Assembly: GCA_052327205.1 (NCBI GenBank) | Contig: CM126212.1 | Span: 23,932,001-23,996,000, forward strand | Direction of reading: 5' to 3' | Source: Somniosus microcephalus | Taxonomy: Eukaryota | Length of the DNA: 64,000 nucleotides | In this document: one piece after another, positions 48,501-56,003 of the stretch | Layout: the number at the start of each line of letters is the position of its first letter | Position numbering within the stretch: position 1 is the first letter of the stretch | Program-made: the position numbers and the translations under genes | Notes under the pieces: generated by a model | Told to the model about the DNA's origin: nothing | The model's database searches: none | What the model saw: the letters and a program-made list of their open reading frames with translations, nothing else

Positions 48501-49069
48501 GAGTATAAATACTCGGGCACGGGCCCAGCTTGCGCAGGACATGCTTAACAGGAACTAGTGAAGGACACAACTAGACCTCCATGTTGTAAAACAGTTGATT
48601 AAAGCTTTGTTTAACGCTTAGACCAAGTGCCTAGTAGTTTTCTTGCGTCACTAACATTTATTTATTTCCACCCCCCCCACACCCAACTACAGGACCAGTC
48701 TTGCCCGAATTAACAAGTAGAGGTGATTATAACCAGTTTAAACGAAACAGCAGAATACTGACCTACAGAGCAGGAGACGAGATAGATACAAGTACAGTCG
48801 TCAACAAAGAAACCGTCAGCACAACAGAAGCCGTCCAACTCCTAGAGGCTGGTTCCCCCTCCGCACCCAACGAGGAGGAAACATTGAAGGAACTGAAAGA
48901 AAGGAAAAGGACTAAAGCAGTTACACCTTTATCAGAAATCAGGTCAAGAGCAAAAACAACAAACCCACCCCTAGGCAGGGTGCACACAGAGCAAAGGGAC
49001 CCCGATGTGAAGGAGTCAGCCTATACTTTGAAAAGAAAGCTGGAAAAACACAGATTGAAACTTAACTGA
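6465..49069 (+). CDS. SLC38A10: SLC38A10 (SNAT10)-like amino acid transporter gene, spliced CDS of 11 exons in the window; first coding exon not found; likely a divergent paralog
   Basis: Exons 6465-6582, 8586-8631, 10855-10948, 17095-17235, 19480-19604, 23090-23192, 25039-25221, 32598-32709, 35823-35929, 37457-37604 and 48693-49069 have AG/GT ends and join into one stop-free frame (1554 nt, 517 aa plus stop). Motifs such as [41 protein letters not shown] and [11 protein letters not shown] match SLC38A10 as I recall it. Confidence 0.88.
6790..7375 (-). mobile_element. CR1 (HER1-like) LINE 3' fragment
   Basis: ORF 6875-7357 [14 protein letters not shown]...[16 protein letters not shown]; catagaaa tail. 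Confidence 0.92.
7555..8255. mobile_element. Two abutting CR1 3' fragments in opposite orientation (about 7555-7935 -, about 7936-8255 +)
   Basis: CR1 3' ORF end and UTR sequence are present on both strands. Confidence 0.75.
8586..8631 (+). CDS. SLC38A10: SLC38A10-like coding exon (about exon 3, 46 bp)
   Basis: ttttag|CT...AG|gtgagt; encodes (A)[14 protein letters not shown](S); phases 1 and 2 fit the neighbouring exons. Confidence 0.88.
8964..9121. mobile_element. Palindromic MITE, about 158 bp
   Basis: ggggtcgattttt-gactttgtg...cacaaagttaaaatcgacccc with imperfect inverted arms of about 60 bp; a related piece lies at about 24170-24335. Confidence 0.75.
9138..9680 (+). mobile_element. CR1 LINE 3' fragment
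   Basis: [11 protein letters not shown]..., [19 protein letters not shown]. Confidence 0.88.
10197..10660 (-). mobile_element. tRNA-derived Deu-domain SINE with L2 tail (SacSINE1-like), near full length
   Basis: Reverse complement of the copy at 23596-24065: A/B-box head, central conserved domain, L2-like tail. Confidence 0.85.
10855..10948 (+). CDS. SLC38A10: SLC38A10-like coding exon (about exon 4, 94 bp)
   Basis: ttacag|T...TCG|gtaagt; encodes [31 protein letters not shown], within ORF 10808-11110. Confidence 0.92.
11545..12975 (-). mobile_element. CR1 LINE, about 1.4 kb of RT and 3' end
   Basis: ORFs 12534-13067 ([26 protein letters not shown]) and 11765-12505, frameshifted. Confidence 0.93.
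12983..13430 (-). mobile_element. CR1 LINE 3' fragment
   Basis: ORF 13084-13419; (catagaaa)n tail. Confidence 0.9.
13507..13868 (-). mobile_element. Deu-domain SINE, 5'-truncated
   Basis: Similar to 23596-24065. Confidence 0.8.
15167..15680 (-). mobile_element. CR1 LINE 3' fragment
   Basis: C-terminal half of ORF 15267-15983; near-identical to 12983-13430. Confidence 0.9.
15860..16068. mobile_element. Penelope-derived inverted-repeat element with a minimal hammerhead ribozyme on the - strand
   Basis: The minus strand reads cagtt-CTGATGA-aaggtcactggcct-GAAA-cgttaactc; both arms match the 3' tail of the Penelope element at 46726-46848. Confidence 0.75.
16392..16877 (+). mobile_element. CR1 LINE 3' fragment
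   Basis: [11 protein letters not shown]...[14 protein letters not shown]; tttctatg tail; very similar to 6790-7375. Confidence 0.9.
17095..17235 (+). CDS. SLC38A10: SLC38A10-like coding exon (about exon 5, 141 bp)
   Basis: aagcag|AGT...GTG|gtgagt; encodes [47 protein letters not shown]. Confidence 0.88.
17518..17920. repeat. 17-bp G-rich minisatellite, about 23-24 units
   Basis: Unit GGTG(G/A)GGAG(C/A)CTCCAGG repeated head to tail with no spacers. Confidence 0.95.
18083..18306 (-). mobile_element. Solo LTR, 224 bp
   Basis: TG...CA ends and 5-bp TSD ccgac; TATAAATA and ATTAAA on the - strand; related to 48425-48650. Confidence 0.85.
19480..19604 (+). CDS. SLC38A10: SLC38A10-like coding exon (about exon 6, 125 bp)
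   Basis: tttcag|CTG...CC|gtaagt; encodes [41 protein letters not shown](P). Confidence 0.88.
19985..20802 (+). mobile_element. L2 3' fragment interrupted by a MITE
   Basis: L2 ORF end (PRSLRSS, GGRVFS, KLWNSLP, LKTYLFD) and (TTG)n tail, split at 20440-20757. Confidence 0.85.
20440..20757. mobile_element. Tc1/mariner-type MITE, 318 bp
   Basis: TIRs caggaaactttgtg...cacaaagtttcctg, flanked by a duplicated TA inside the L2 tail. Confidence 0.85.
20880..22642 (+). mobile_element. L2 LINE, about 1.8 kb of RT and 3' end, frameshifted
   Basis: [36 protein letters not shown]; (TTG)n tail. Confidence 0.93.
23090..23192 (+). CDS. SLC38A10: SLC38A10-like coding exon (about exon 7, 103 bp)
   Basis: gtcaag|A...ATG|gtaagt; encodes [34 protein letters not shown]. 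Confidence 0.87.
23596..24065 (+). mobile_element. tRNA-derived Deu-domain SINE with L2 tail, full length
   Basis: A box tggctcagtgg, B-box-like ggttcatagtccc, conserved core, and tail gcgctttgggacgtcc...gctataaaaatgcaag. Confidence 0.88.
24640..24840 (-). mobile_element. Deu-domain SINE 3' fragment
   Basis: Reverse complement of the 3' half of 23596-24065. Confidence 0.8.
25039..25221 (+). CDS. SLC38A10: SLC38A10-like coding exon (about exon 8, 183 bp)
   Basis: tttcag|GTT...CAG|gttagt; encodes [61 protein letters not shown]. Confidence 0.93.
25310..27210 (+). mobile_element. CR1 LINE, about 1.9 kb with an RT domain, several frameshifts
   Basis: ORFs 25514-26191 ([24 protein letters not shown]), 26200-26520 (FADD) and 26369-27049. 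Confidence 0.95.
27213..27615 (+). mobile_element. CR1 3' fragment of a second subfamily
   Basis: [12 protein letters not shown]...[17 protein letters not shown]. Confidence 0.8.
27625..28693 (+). mobile_element. L2 3' fragment
   Basis: [19 protein letters not shown]; (TTG)n tail. Confidence 0.9.
28982..29517. mobile_element. Non-autonomous TIR element (Harbinger-like)
   Basis: ggcctgagagttt...aaactccaggcc termini; CpG-rich interior. Confidence 0.55.
29826..29999. mobile_element. Palindromic MITE
   Basis: gctccaatcttaa...ttaaaaacgggagc with imperfect inverted arms. Confidence 0.5.
32598..32709 (+). CDS. SLC38A10: SLC38A10-like coding exon (about exon 9, 112 bp)
   Basis: taacag|AAA...G|gtaagt; encodes [37 protein letters not shown]. 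Confidence 0.9.
33960..34240 (+). mobile_element. RTE-clade LINE 3' fragment
   Basis: [15 protein letters not shown]...[16 protein letters not shown]...[12 protein letters not shown]. Confidence 0.88.
34534..34845 (-). mobile_element. HE1 / V-SINE, full length
   Basis: tRNA-like head (gtggcatagtggttagc, gggttcgaatcc), V-domain (gtgggtttcctccgggtgctccggtttcctcccacagtccaaaga), CR1-like tail. Confidence 0.9.
35823..35929 (+). CDS. SLC38A10: SLC38A10-like coding exon (about exon 10, 107 bp)
   Basis: tttcag|TG...CGA|gtaagt; encodes (V)[35 protein letters not shown]. Confidence 0.92.
36653..37274. mobile_element. GC-rich non-autonomous TIR element (Harbinger-like), copy 1
   Basis: gggcgaaaaa...ttttttcccc termini; clear homology with 56004-56709. 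Confidence 0.7.
37457..37604 (+). CDS. SLC38A10: SLC38A10-like coding exon (about exon 11, 148 bp; last TM helix and start of tail)
   Basis: ttgcag|ATC...G|gtaaga; encodes [49 protein letters not shown]. Confidence 0.85.
38658..39488. mobile_element. Non-autonomous Harbinger-like element
   Basis: TIRs gggctggattttca...tgaaaatcctgccc. Confidence 0.65.
39490..39835 (-). mobile_element. CR1 3' fragment
   Basis: ORF 39561-39833 (TRGHSFK...NFFTQRV..WNS). Confidence 0.85.
40343..40910. mobile_element. RTE LINE 3' end with a 5' inversion
   Basis: 40343-40580 is antisense ([10 protein letters not shown]...[16 protein letters not shown]); 40592-40910 is sense and ends in (AAG)n. Confidence 0.85.
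42564..45371 (-). CDS. Gypsy Pol polyprotein (protease, RT, RNase H, integrase), 935 aa open frame
   Basis: LIDCGS protease; [18 protein letters not shown]; RNase H SDASD, EKEA, TDQ; integrase H..H..C..C, DFKGP, HSD, NGQVER. Confidence 0.93.
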   Translation of the reverse strand: MASITVDQSRPHPLTKSMMDIQVNGNLTKCLIDCGSTESFIHPSLVQRHSLTVAPTRSRIAMAAKPHTSDILGYCVVTLTVKGTDYKDFKLLVMPELCVNVILGLDFQCHHESVTLAYGGSQPPLTVCGLSILKISPPSLFANLAPNCRPIATKSRRYSLEDRHFIKAEVDRLLREGIIECSTSPWRAQVVIVKNSEKKWMVIDYSQTVNIYTQLDAYPLPRISEMVNQIAQYRVFSTIDLKSAYHQLPIRTEDRPYTAFEVNGRLYHFLRVPFGVTNGVSVFQREMDRMVDANKLQATYPYLDNVTICGHNQQDHDLNLARFLKTALKLNLTYNEDKCVFNTTRLCILGCVVEGGVIGPDPDRLRPLKELPLPHNPKALKRCLGFFSYYAQWVPNYSDKARPLIKSTSFPLSAEAREAFTSIKQDIERAALCAVDESIPFQVESDASDFALAATLNQAGRRVAFFSRTLQGPEIRHSSVEKEAQAIVEAVRHWRHYLAGKRFTLLTDQRSVAFMFNNKQRGKIKNDKILRWRIELSTFDYDIMYRPGPLNEPPDALSRGMCASIHTDKLQGLHNDLCHPGVTRLYHFIKSRNLPHSIEEVRAMTRACRICAECKPRFYRPDRACLIKATRPFKRLSLDFKGPLPSADHNVYFLNIIDEYSRFPFAIPCPDMTSATVIKCLCNLFCMFGMPNYIHSDRETSFMSDELRQFLLSKWIATSRTTSYNPRGNGQVERDNAAVWKAVTLALKSKGLPTSRWQEVLPDVLHSIRSLLCTATNATPHEKMFVFPRKSTSGISLPAWLTSPETVLLRKHMRGHKTDPLVEKVQLLHANPQYAYIEYSDGQEDTVSIKDLAPSGSGENDERLPEEDLHYKETGRPEVSIPNFNLEDTADNLEDTAEARTAEEPESTPLEAPQPALRRSLRTAKPPDRLTYTNF
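45478..45702 (-). pseudogene. Truncated gag N-terminus of the Gypsy element
   Basis: [13 protein letters not shown]... starts about 25 nt after the 5' LTR; only about 330 bp separate its start from pol, and no zinc knuckle is visible. Confidence 0.75.
46726..46766 (+). ncRNA. Minimal type I hammerhead ribozyme in the Penelope 3' repeat
   Basis: cagtt-CTGACGA-agggtc-att-gacct-GAAA-cgttaact: conserved core boxes, a stem II hairpin and a palindromic ACGT stem III. Penelope elements are known to carry such minimal hammerheads. Confidence 0.8.
48050..48372 (-). mobile_element. CR1 3' fragment
   Basis: ORF 48122-48430 [13 protein letters not shown]...EIDR; CR1 3' UTR. Confidence 0.75.
48425..48650 (+). 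mobile_element. Solo LTR, 226 bp, sense to the host gene
   Basis: TG...CA ends and 5-bp TSD ctaac; TATAAATA at about 48504 and ATTAAA at 48598; homologous to 18083-18306. Confidence 0.87.
48693..49069 (+). CDS. Probable terminal coding exon of the SLC38A10-like gene (hydrophilic C-terminal tail)
   Basis: CTAAC branch motif and a C-rich tract precede ctacag|GA. A phase-1 join to 37604 puts it in frame with ORF 48701-49069 (K/E/T-rich, not a recognisable repeat). No homology evidence; intervening exons cannot be excluded. Confidence 0.6.
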
Positions 49070-49235
49070 CTACAGCTCCGGCTATTTTCCACATTAGCAA
49101 AAACTGATTTTGGAAAGATCAAAAGTGAACACAGATGTTCGGGGGGGCGAGAAAGAACCAAAAAGTCTCAGCTTGTGTTTTGCCTTTCACACAGTAAAGC
49201 TGTGACGAGTAGCTGGAGAGCACCTGGAAAGGGGA

Positions 49236-49455
49236 AAAAAAACAGAAAATGCTGGAGAAACTCAGCAGGTCAGGCAGCATCTGTGAAGAGAGAAACAGAG
49301 CTCACGTTTCAGGTCGTTTTCCAGTTCTGACGAAAGGTCATCGACCTGAAACGTTAACTCTATTTCTCTCTTCACAGATGCTGCCTGACCTACTGAGTTT
49401 TTCCAGCATTTTCTGTTTTTATTTCAAATTTCCAGCATCTGCAGTATTTTCTTTT
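49236..49455 (+). mobile_element. Penelope-derived hairpin element containing a sense-strand hammerhead core (49327-49359)
   Basis: Inverted arms of about 80 bp (49236-49316 and 49342-49420); CTGACGA-aaggtc-atc-gacct-GAAA-cgttaact. Confidence 0.8.
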
Positions 49456-50224
49456 TGGAAAGGGAAGGAGTTCTTGTGATGAGAGATCCACCGTCTATCT
49501 TTTTTCCTAACGGTTCTGACTGGAAGTAAAGGCTTGGCACGTTTCTACACCATTATCCAAGTGCGGACTAAGGGTCATCTCAGACAGTGTGCTGGCCTCC
49601 ATGAAAAATGACTTGCCGTCCCTTCTCCTGACTACAACAGTGCCTACCACAGCAGATCTTTGAACTCACCCTCAACTTCTGGGTAATGCCTTTAAAGATG
49701 TGTCATCTATTTGAACAACAACTCTCAGGAGACTGTCTGGAGTATGTCTCAAGCCTTGTTCAAAGATGTCTGCTTCCTTCTACGAGCACATTAGCCTGGA
49801 TTTTCCGATTGGCAATTATTTTAATGTTTGTGGTAACCTATGGTAACCATTAACAAAACACTGATCAGAAAATACAAGCTACAGTCTTATAAATTCGGCT
49901 GCACAGTGCCTGTTTTTCAAGTGCTAATGGGTCTACTAAACCCCCACTATGGTAGGTAGGAAGAGTGCACACATTTCAGGCTGGAGCTGTGCCACCCGCC
50001 ACACTGGTAAAGAAGGCTGCACTGGTGGCAGGAGCGCACACCGGGCAACATTTAAAGGGGGAAATAATTTATTTAAATTCGGGTCGGTGCAGGGCCCCAC
50101 TTCCGATTTTCGATCCCCCTTCCAGTGCTTTACTCGCCACGTGCTGAACTCGCATTGCACAAGGTGTCGCTAACCAGCAGGAAGGTCTCCGTGCTTACCC
50201 GAATGTGGATCCGGAACGGAGCGC

Positions 50225-50668
50225 GTGTGCTGACCTACATTGGCTCCTGGTTCACCAAGGCCTCGATTTCGATTTTAAAATTCTCATCCTCATGTTCAAT
50301 TCCCTCCGTGGCCTCGTCCCTCCCAATCTCTGTAATCTCCTCCAGTCCTGCAACCCTCCAAGATCTCTGTGCTCCACCAATTATGGCCTCTGGTGCATCT
50401 CCCACTTCATTCGCCCCTCACCCCCTCCTTCAGCCATCATGGCCCTAAGCCCTGGAATTCCCCCCCCCCAAACCTCTCCGCCCCCTGCACCTCTTTCTCC
50501 TCCTTTAAGGCACTCTAGAAAACCTTCCTCTTTGACCATGCTTTTGGTCACCTGTCCTAATTTTTCTTTCTTGGGCTTGGTGTCAGCTTTTGTCTGACGA
50601 CGCTCCTGTGAAATGCCTTGGGATGTTTTGCTACGTTAAAGCGCTATATAAATGCAAGTTATTGTTGT
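50225..50668 (+). mobile_element. L2 3' fragment
   Basis: ADLHWL...FKILIL..SLRGL; L2 tail. Confidence 0.8.
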
Positions 50669-51190
50669 TAATCGTTGTGAATCTCTTGAAAATAAAGGCC
50701 TTCTGAGCAGTGTCCGGCCAGTATTTTAGTTGTGGAGTTTGTGAAGGAGCCTAGAAAACAATTTAATATGCTCATGTTTAAGCCCCCTGGTGACACATCA
50801 AGGATGTCAGTCAATAATAATAATTCAACTTTATTGTCATTGTACAATGCACAAGTACATGAACAATGAAATGTGATCTTGCAAGCTCCCATGAGTCCAG
50901 TACAAATAACATTAAACGTAAATAGCACCGTCCTGGGAGAAGCAAAGCCGCTGCGTCTGTGCGCCATTCCTCCTGTCCGACAATCTTCAGCCCAACGCCC
51001 GGGCCTGCTCACCAGCCGCCCCTCCCAGGGCTCCTTCCGTGACCTTCTGCACCTGGTCTTCCCTGATGGTCACCCCGCCAGGATACTAACCAGGCCTGGC
51101 TCTGCTTAGCAGCCAAGCACTTGCCAGTGACCCTGCCCCTAGTCCCAGGAACAGGACTTCACTTGACTTCACTCCTGAATCTATGCTGAG

Positions 51191-52623
51191 TAGGGTTGCC
51201 AGCTCTGGTTGGACGTGTTCCTGGAGCTTTCATCACATGACCTCCCGCCACCATCCACATCGCCCCCACCCTCTCACCATTGGTCGGCCAACACGTCCAT
51301 CCTTGTGACGTAGCGCCTTCCCGTACCAAGTGTAAAGTGAACAGATTCTGTTACCCGATTGGATCATTCTTGACTGCCAGTCAAACAGCCAATTTTCCCA
51401 TCCCCAATATTTTTACAACTAATAACTGAAAGTGCTGAAAGAAAATTAAAACAACATTCAATTTTTTTTAATGACCCTATGATTTTTCTCCTGAGTGTTG
51501 CTCGCTGCAGTGCCCTGGAACATAGGAACAGGAGCAGGCCATTCAGCTTCTCGAGCCTATTCCGCCAATCAATGAGATCAGGGCTGATCTGCGACCTAAC
51601 TCCATGTACCCGCCGTTGGCCCATTTCCCTTAATACCTTTGGTTAACAAAAATCTATCAATCTCTGATTTAAAATTAACAACTGATCTAGCATCAATTGT
51701 CATTTGCAGAAGAGAGTTCCAAACTTCTACCACCCTTTGTGTGTAGAAGTGTTTCCTAATTTCACTCTGAAAGGTCTGGCTCTAATTTTTAGACTATGCC
51801 CCCTAGTCCTAGAATCCCCAACCAGCGGAAATAGCTTCTCTCTATCTACACTATCTGTTCCCCTTAATATCTTGAAAACTTCAATCAAATCACCCCTTAA
51901 CCTTCTAAATTCTAGGGAGTACAACCCTAGTTTGTGTAATCTCTCCTCGTAACTTAACCCTTGAAGTCCGGGTATCATTCTAGTAAACCTACGCTGCACT
52001 CCCTCCAAGGCCAATATATCCTTCCTAAGGTGTGGTGCCCAGAACTGCTCACAGTGCTCCAGGTGTGGTCTAACCAGGGTTTTGTACAGCTGCAGCATAA
52101 CTTCTACCCCCTTGTATTTTAGTTTTCTAGATATAAAGGCCAGCATTCCATTAGCCTTTTTGATTATTTTCCATACCTGTTTGTGACATTTTAATGATCT
52201 ATGTACCTGGACCCCCCCCCCAAGTATCCTTGGACCTCCACTGTTTTTAGCCTTTCACCATTTAGAAAGTACCCTGTTCTATCCTTTTTAGGCCCAAAGT
52301 GGATGACATACATTTGCCTACATTGAAATCCATTTGCCACAGTTTTGCCTATTCTATTAATCTATCACTATCCCTTTGTAATTTTATGCTTTCATCTACA
52401 CTGCCTACAATGCCGCCTATCTTTGTGTCATCAGCAAATTTGGATATGTGGCTTTCTATGCCATCATCTAAGTCGTTATTAATAAATATTGTGAATAGTT
52501 GCAGCCCCAACACAGATCCCTACGGGACGCCACTAGTCACATCCTGCCAATTAGAGTACCTTCCCATTATCCCTACCCACTGTCTCCTGGGGCTCAGACA
52601 AGCCTGGAGGGTTGGCAACCCTA
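51191..52623. mobile_element. hAT-type MITE with a nested CR1 (about 51520-52590, -)
   Basis: TIRs tagggttgcca...tggcaacccta and 8-bp TSD atgctgag on both sides; internal CR1 ORF 51727-52146. Confidence 0.88.
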
Positions 52624-53479
52624 ATGCTGAGTTAGCTCATCGCATTGAGAATGGCAGTAGGAGCGTTATGTTTTGACGTCAGTGCCTCTGAGTTAAAACC
52701 AACCAGGGCTCCCACTCGTATAACCGAGACAATCGGCTCCAACATTATTGACCCGTGAGTGCCTGCAGGTGGCTTGACCATGGCGAACATCACAACTTCA
52801 GCCAGATCCTCGTCCAAAGTTCACACCAGCACACATTCCAACTGGGAACACTGGAATAGCAGTTGGGTGAAGCAAACCCTGGAGCCAAGAGGCACTGAGG
52901 CCCATTGTTGCATCCCCGCTTGCTGCACCAGCTGAGTTCAGCCAAGGCTATGAGAGTCATACCTGGACCTTCTGGTCTGTATAATTTATTGTTACATTGG
53001 AAAGAGACTTTACCCCCTCCCCCTCCCTCAGGCCAATGAGGAGTTTGCATCTTAATAGTCATCGTCTATATCTCCCCCTACGTCTTAGCCGGAAAACTTG
53101 GGAATCAGAGACACTGGGATTGGTTTCAATTCTTGGGCATCCAGCCAGTTGCCCGTTGTGGCGGCGAGGAGCTGGCTGCTATTTTGAGGCCCCCAGGCCT
53201 CAGGTGAATTTGGCAGGCGAGCTGCGGAAGCCAGACAGGGGGCCTTGATGCAGCTCGCCGCTCTTCGACCTCAGCAGTATCGGCTGGATGGGATCCCGGC
53301 AGAGGCTCACAGGTAGGTTCTTGGCGAGAGGGGGTGGTTGGGGGCGTGAAGTGGGGCCAGGCCAGCAGAGGCCCACAGGTAGGTGCTTGGAGCGGGGGAA
53401 AGGGCGGAGGAGGTGGGGCCAGGCCAGGTTGGCACAGGCCCCGCAGTATTTCCGTGGAGTCAGGGGAGAGCGCTCCTGC

Positions 53480-55609
53480 TGCGGTCACCAACTCTGGTTG
53501 GGCGTATTCCTGGAGGTTTCATCACATGACCTCCCACCTCGAACGGCCCCGCCCCTGCACTCCCGCCATTGGTCCGTCCTCCAGATGCACTGCCTTCCCG
53601 CGGCCAATTGGAAAGGGAACAGACTCTTCGTTACCCAATTGGATTCATCTTGACTATTTAGTGAAACAGCCCTTTTTCCCGCATCTCCAATATTTTTATA
53701 ATAAATGAAAGTGTTCAAAGAAAAGGTTAAAAAAAAGGTTACAATGGCCGGAATTTTGCAGGGGTGGGGGGGGGGTCAGCGGGCGCAATCGGTGGCAGGT
53801 CGGGTGGGAAATTTTTTTTTTTCACAGCGGGTCGGGACCTCGCTGTCAACCGGCCACCACACGCCTTTCCCTGATGTCGGGTCTGTCAGCGCTGAGCAGT
53901 GGCAGGGGACCCAATTCAGGTAATTAATTAGTGGCTTGTTTAGAGCCACTTAAGAATGAATTTCAGCTCACCGTCTGCATTTGACAGCTCGCCCACAAGG
54001 TCCTCGCTGCTCAGGGATCACGTCTGTCAAGCTGAGGCGGGAGGTCAATGGCCATTGGATCAGCTGCTGAGTTGATAGCTTCAAATGTACAGTAAAAGCT
54101 TCTGCCTTACAGAGATATCTTCCCTCAGCCACAAGCTCTTCCTCATTGCATTTCCACAACAGATTCACCAAGCTGCAAGTCTTTACACAAGTCTACATCC
54201 AGTCTGACCCATTACCACTCTCACCATTGACAGATCGCTTCTGTCATCTCTACTTCACCTGCCATCTATTCCATCAGCATTGGTGCCCTTTATACTCTCT
54301 CACCTTGGTCCTCAGAATCCCACCACGATCAGCCCCAACACCAGCAGCACCGGGCACACCAGCAGCACCAACAACAACAACACCAACCTTCTCCGCAATC
54401 ACGTGATGCTGCACAGGACAGAGGGCATCAGCACCCGACCACATTGCTGCCTGGGAGGCCAGGAATGGCCTCACCATGGCCAGATTTACTTCACTTGACG
54501 CTGTACACCCTGGCTGCCACATGATGTGCCAAGTTGGCATCACCCCACACCAACAACATAAAGCATCCCTACAATGCCCAAGTCATTCCTTTCCCACTCA
54601 TCACCATTGCTGGGGGTACTGTTATATCTCACCATTCACTGCAACTCACTAAGCTACTTCCAAAGGTGCACACAAATCTGTCCAAGAACGCAAAGTGTTG
54701 AAAATAAAGGTTTCAATATTTGACACCACATTAACAGAAACTTTACATGAACACTGCATAAAACACCCAAGTGCCTACCCTTGTGTGTTGTTAGTTGGTA
54801 TGATTGCACTAGGATGAGGGTGAGTGTGACTGGTAGCTAGTGAGATGGGGATGTGATAATATAGATAGAGAGGGATGGGCGGAAGTGCAAGGTAAGTTGT
54901 GAGTAAGGATGTGCAAGAGTAGGGTAGGGAAGGCAGAGTGATGGGGATGTGATGAGAAGCACAGCAGGATGAGGTTGAGTGTGGATTTGTACTAACGTTT
55001 TGTGATCTACTGAGATCATTGAAAGGTTTGTGCCACTGCACCCAGGTCCTCCTGACCACATCCCTGCTTGTGCCCTCCTGTGCAATGTGAAGCCAGGCTG
55101 TGTTGAATTCCTGGGGAGGTCTCTTCCACCCATGGGAGTCCCTGCATGCTCCGACTCGCTCCACAATCATATGGAGGGAGTCATGGGAGAACCTGGGTGC
55201 AGCCCTGCACCTCCGTGTAGTCATTGTCAGCGTTTGCAGCACTTCAATGCTGTCGAACACAGAGAGCACAAACGTCAAAATAAATTTGGGCATGATCCCT
55301 TTAAGGAAACCGGCTGATGACGCGTCATCAAATGACGTCACCAGACCCGCTTCCTCTAATTGGCCGGGAACCGCTCTGGGCGGGGCTTAATAAGCCCAAT
55401 CAAGGGAAGTTCATTTCACAGAGCGGGCTGGAGCCAGCAGCGGGGTCGGGACCTGCCACCGACGTCGCCCACCATGGACCCGCCGAGGTGAGTAAAATCC
55501 CAGCCAATGTCCCTGTGATTTTTCCGCTGGGATGCTCACAGCAGTGTCCAGGAGATTATTCTTCAATTCCTGAAGACTCCGAGACAATCCTGGAGGGTTG
55601 GCAACCCTG
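53480..55609. mobile_element. Second copy of the hAT-type MITE with a nested Harbinger derivative (about 53746-55506) carrying a Myb/SANT remnant
   Basis: 53485-53740 is homologous to 51200-51480 and the element ends ggagggttggcaaccct. The inner TIRs are ggccggaatttt...aaaatcccagcc. ORF 54775-55341 (-) has APRFS..SL...W..IA...RRTWVQ..K.FNDL. Confidence 0.7.
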
Positions 55610-56003
55610 CCGGCTCCACAAAAATAACAAATGTAAAAATTGTTCTGGCCGTTTCCTGATTGGATGCCAGCACCAGTGGGCGGAGCATTCGTGTCACAAG
55701 CTCCGCCCACATGTCCCTTAAAATTGCAATTGGGTCCCTCACTACGTCATTAAGGCCCCAATTTGCGTGGGAAAGCGACCGACCACTTGTTTCAGGCAAC
55801 CCCTGCGGTCACTCAGCGATAGGCCCCTGTGAAAGCTGGAGTAGGCCGATCGCCAGGGAAACGGGACGGTAAGGTTACCAACCCCAGATTTAGCCCCTTT
55901 CCGCCCCATTAACTCTGATTTCCCAGGTGAAAATTGGCCCCGTTGACCTGAAAATTAAGAAACCAAAGGCCAAAATCAGTAACCATGAGTATTCAAATAA
56001 CCT

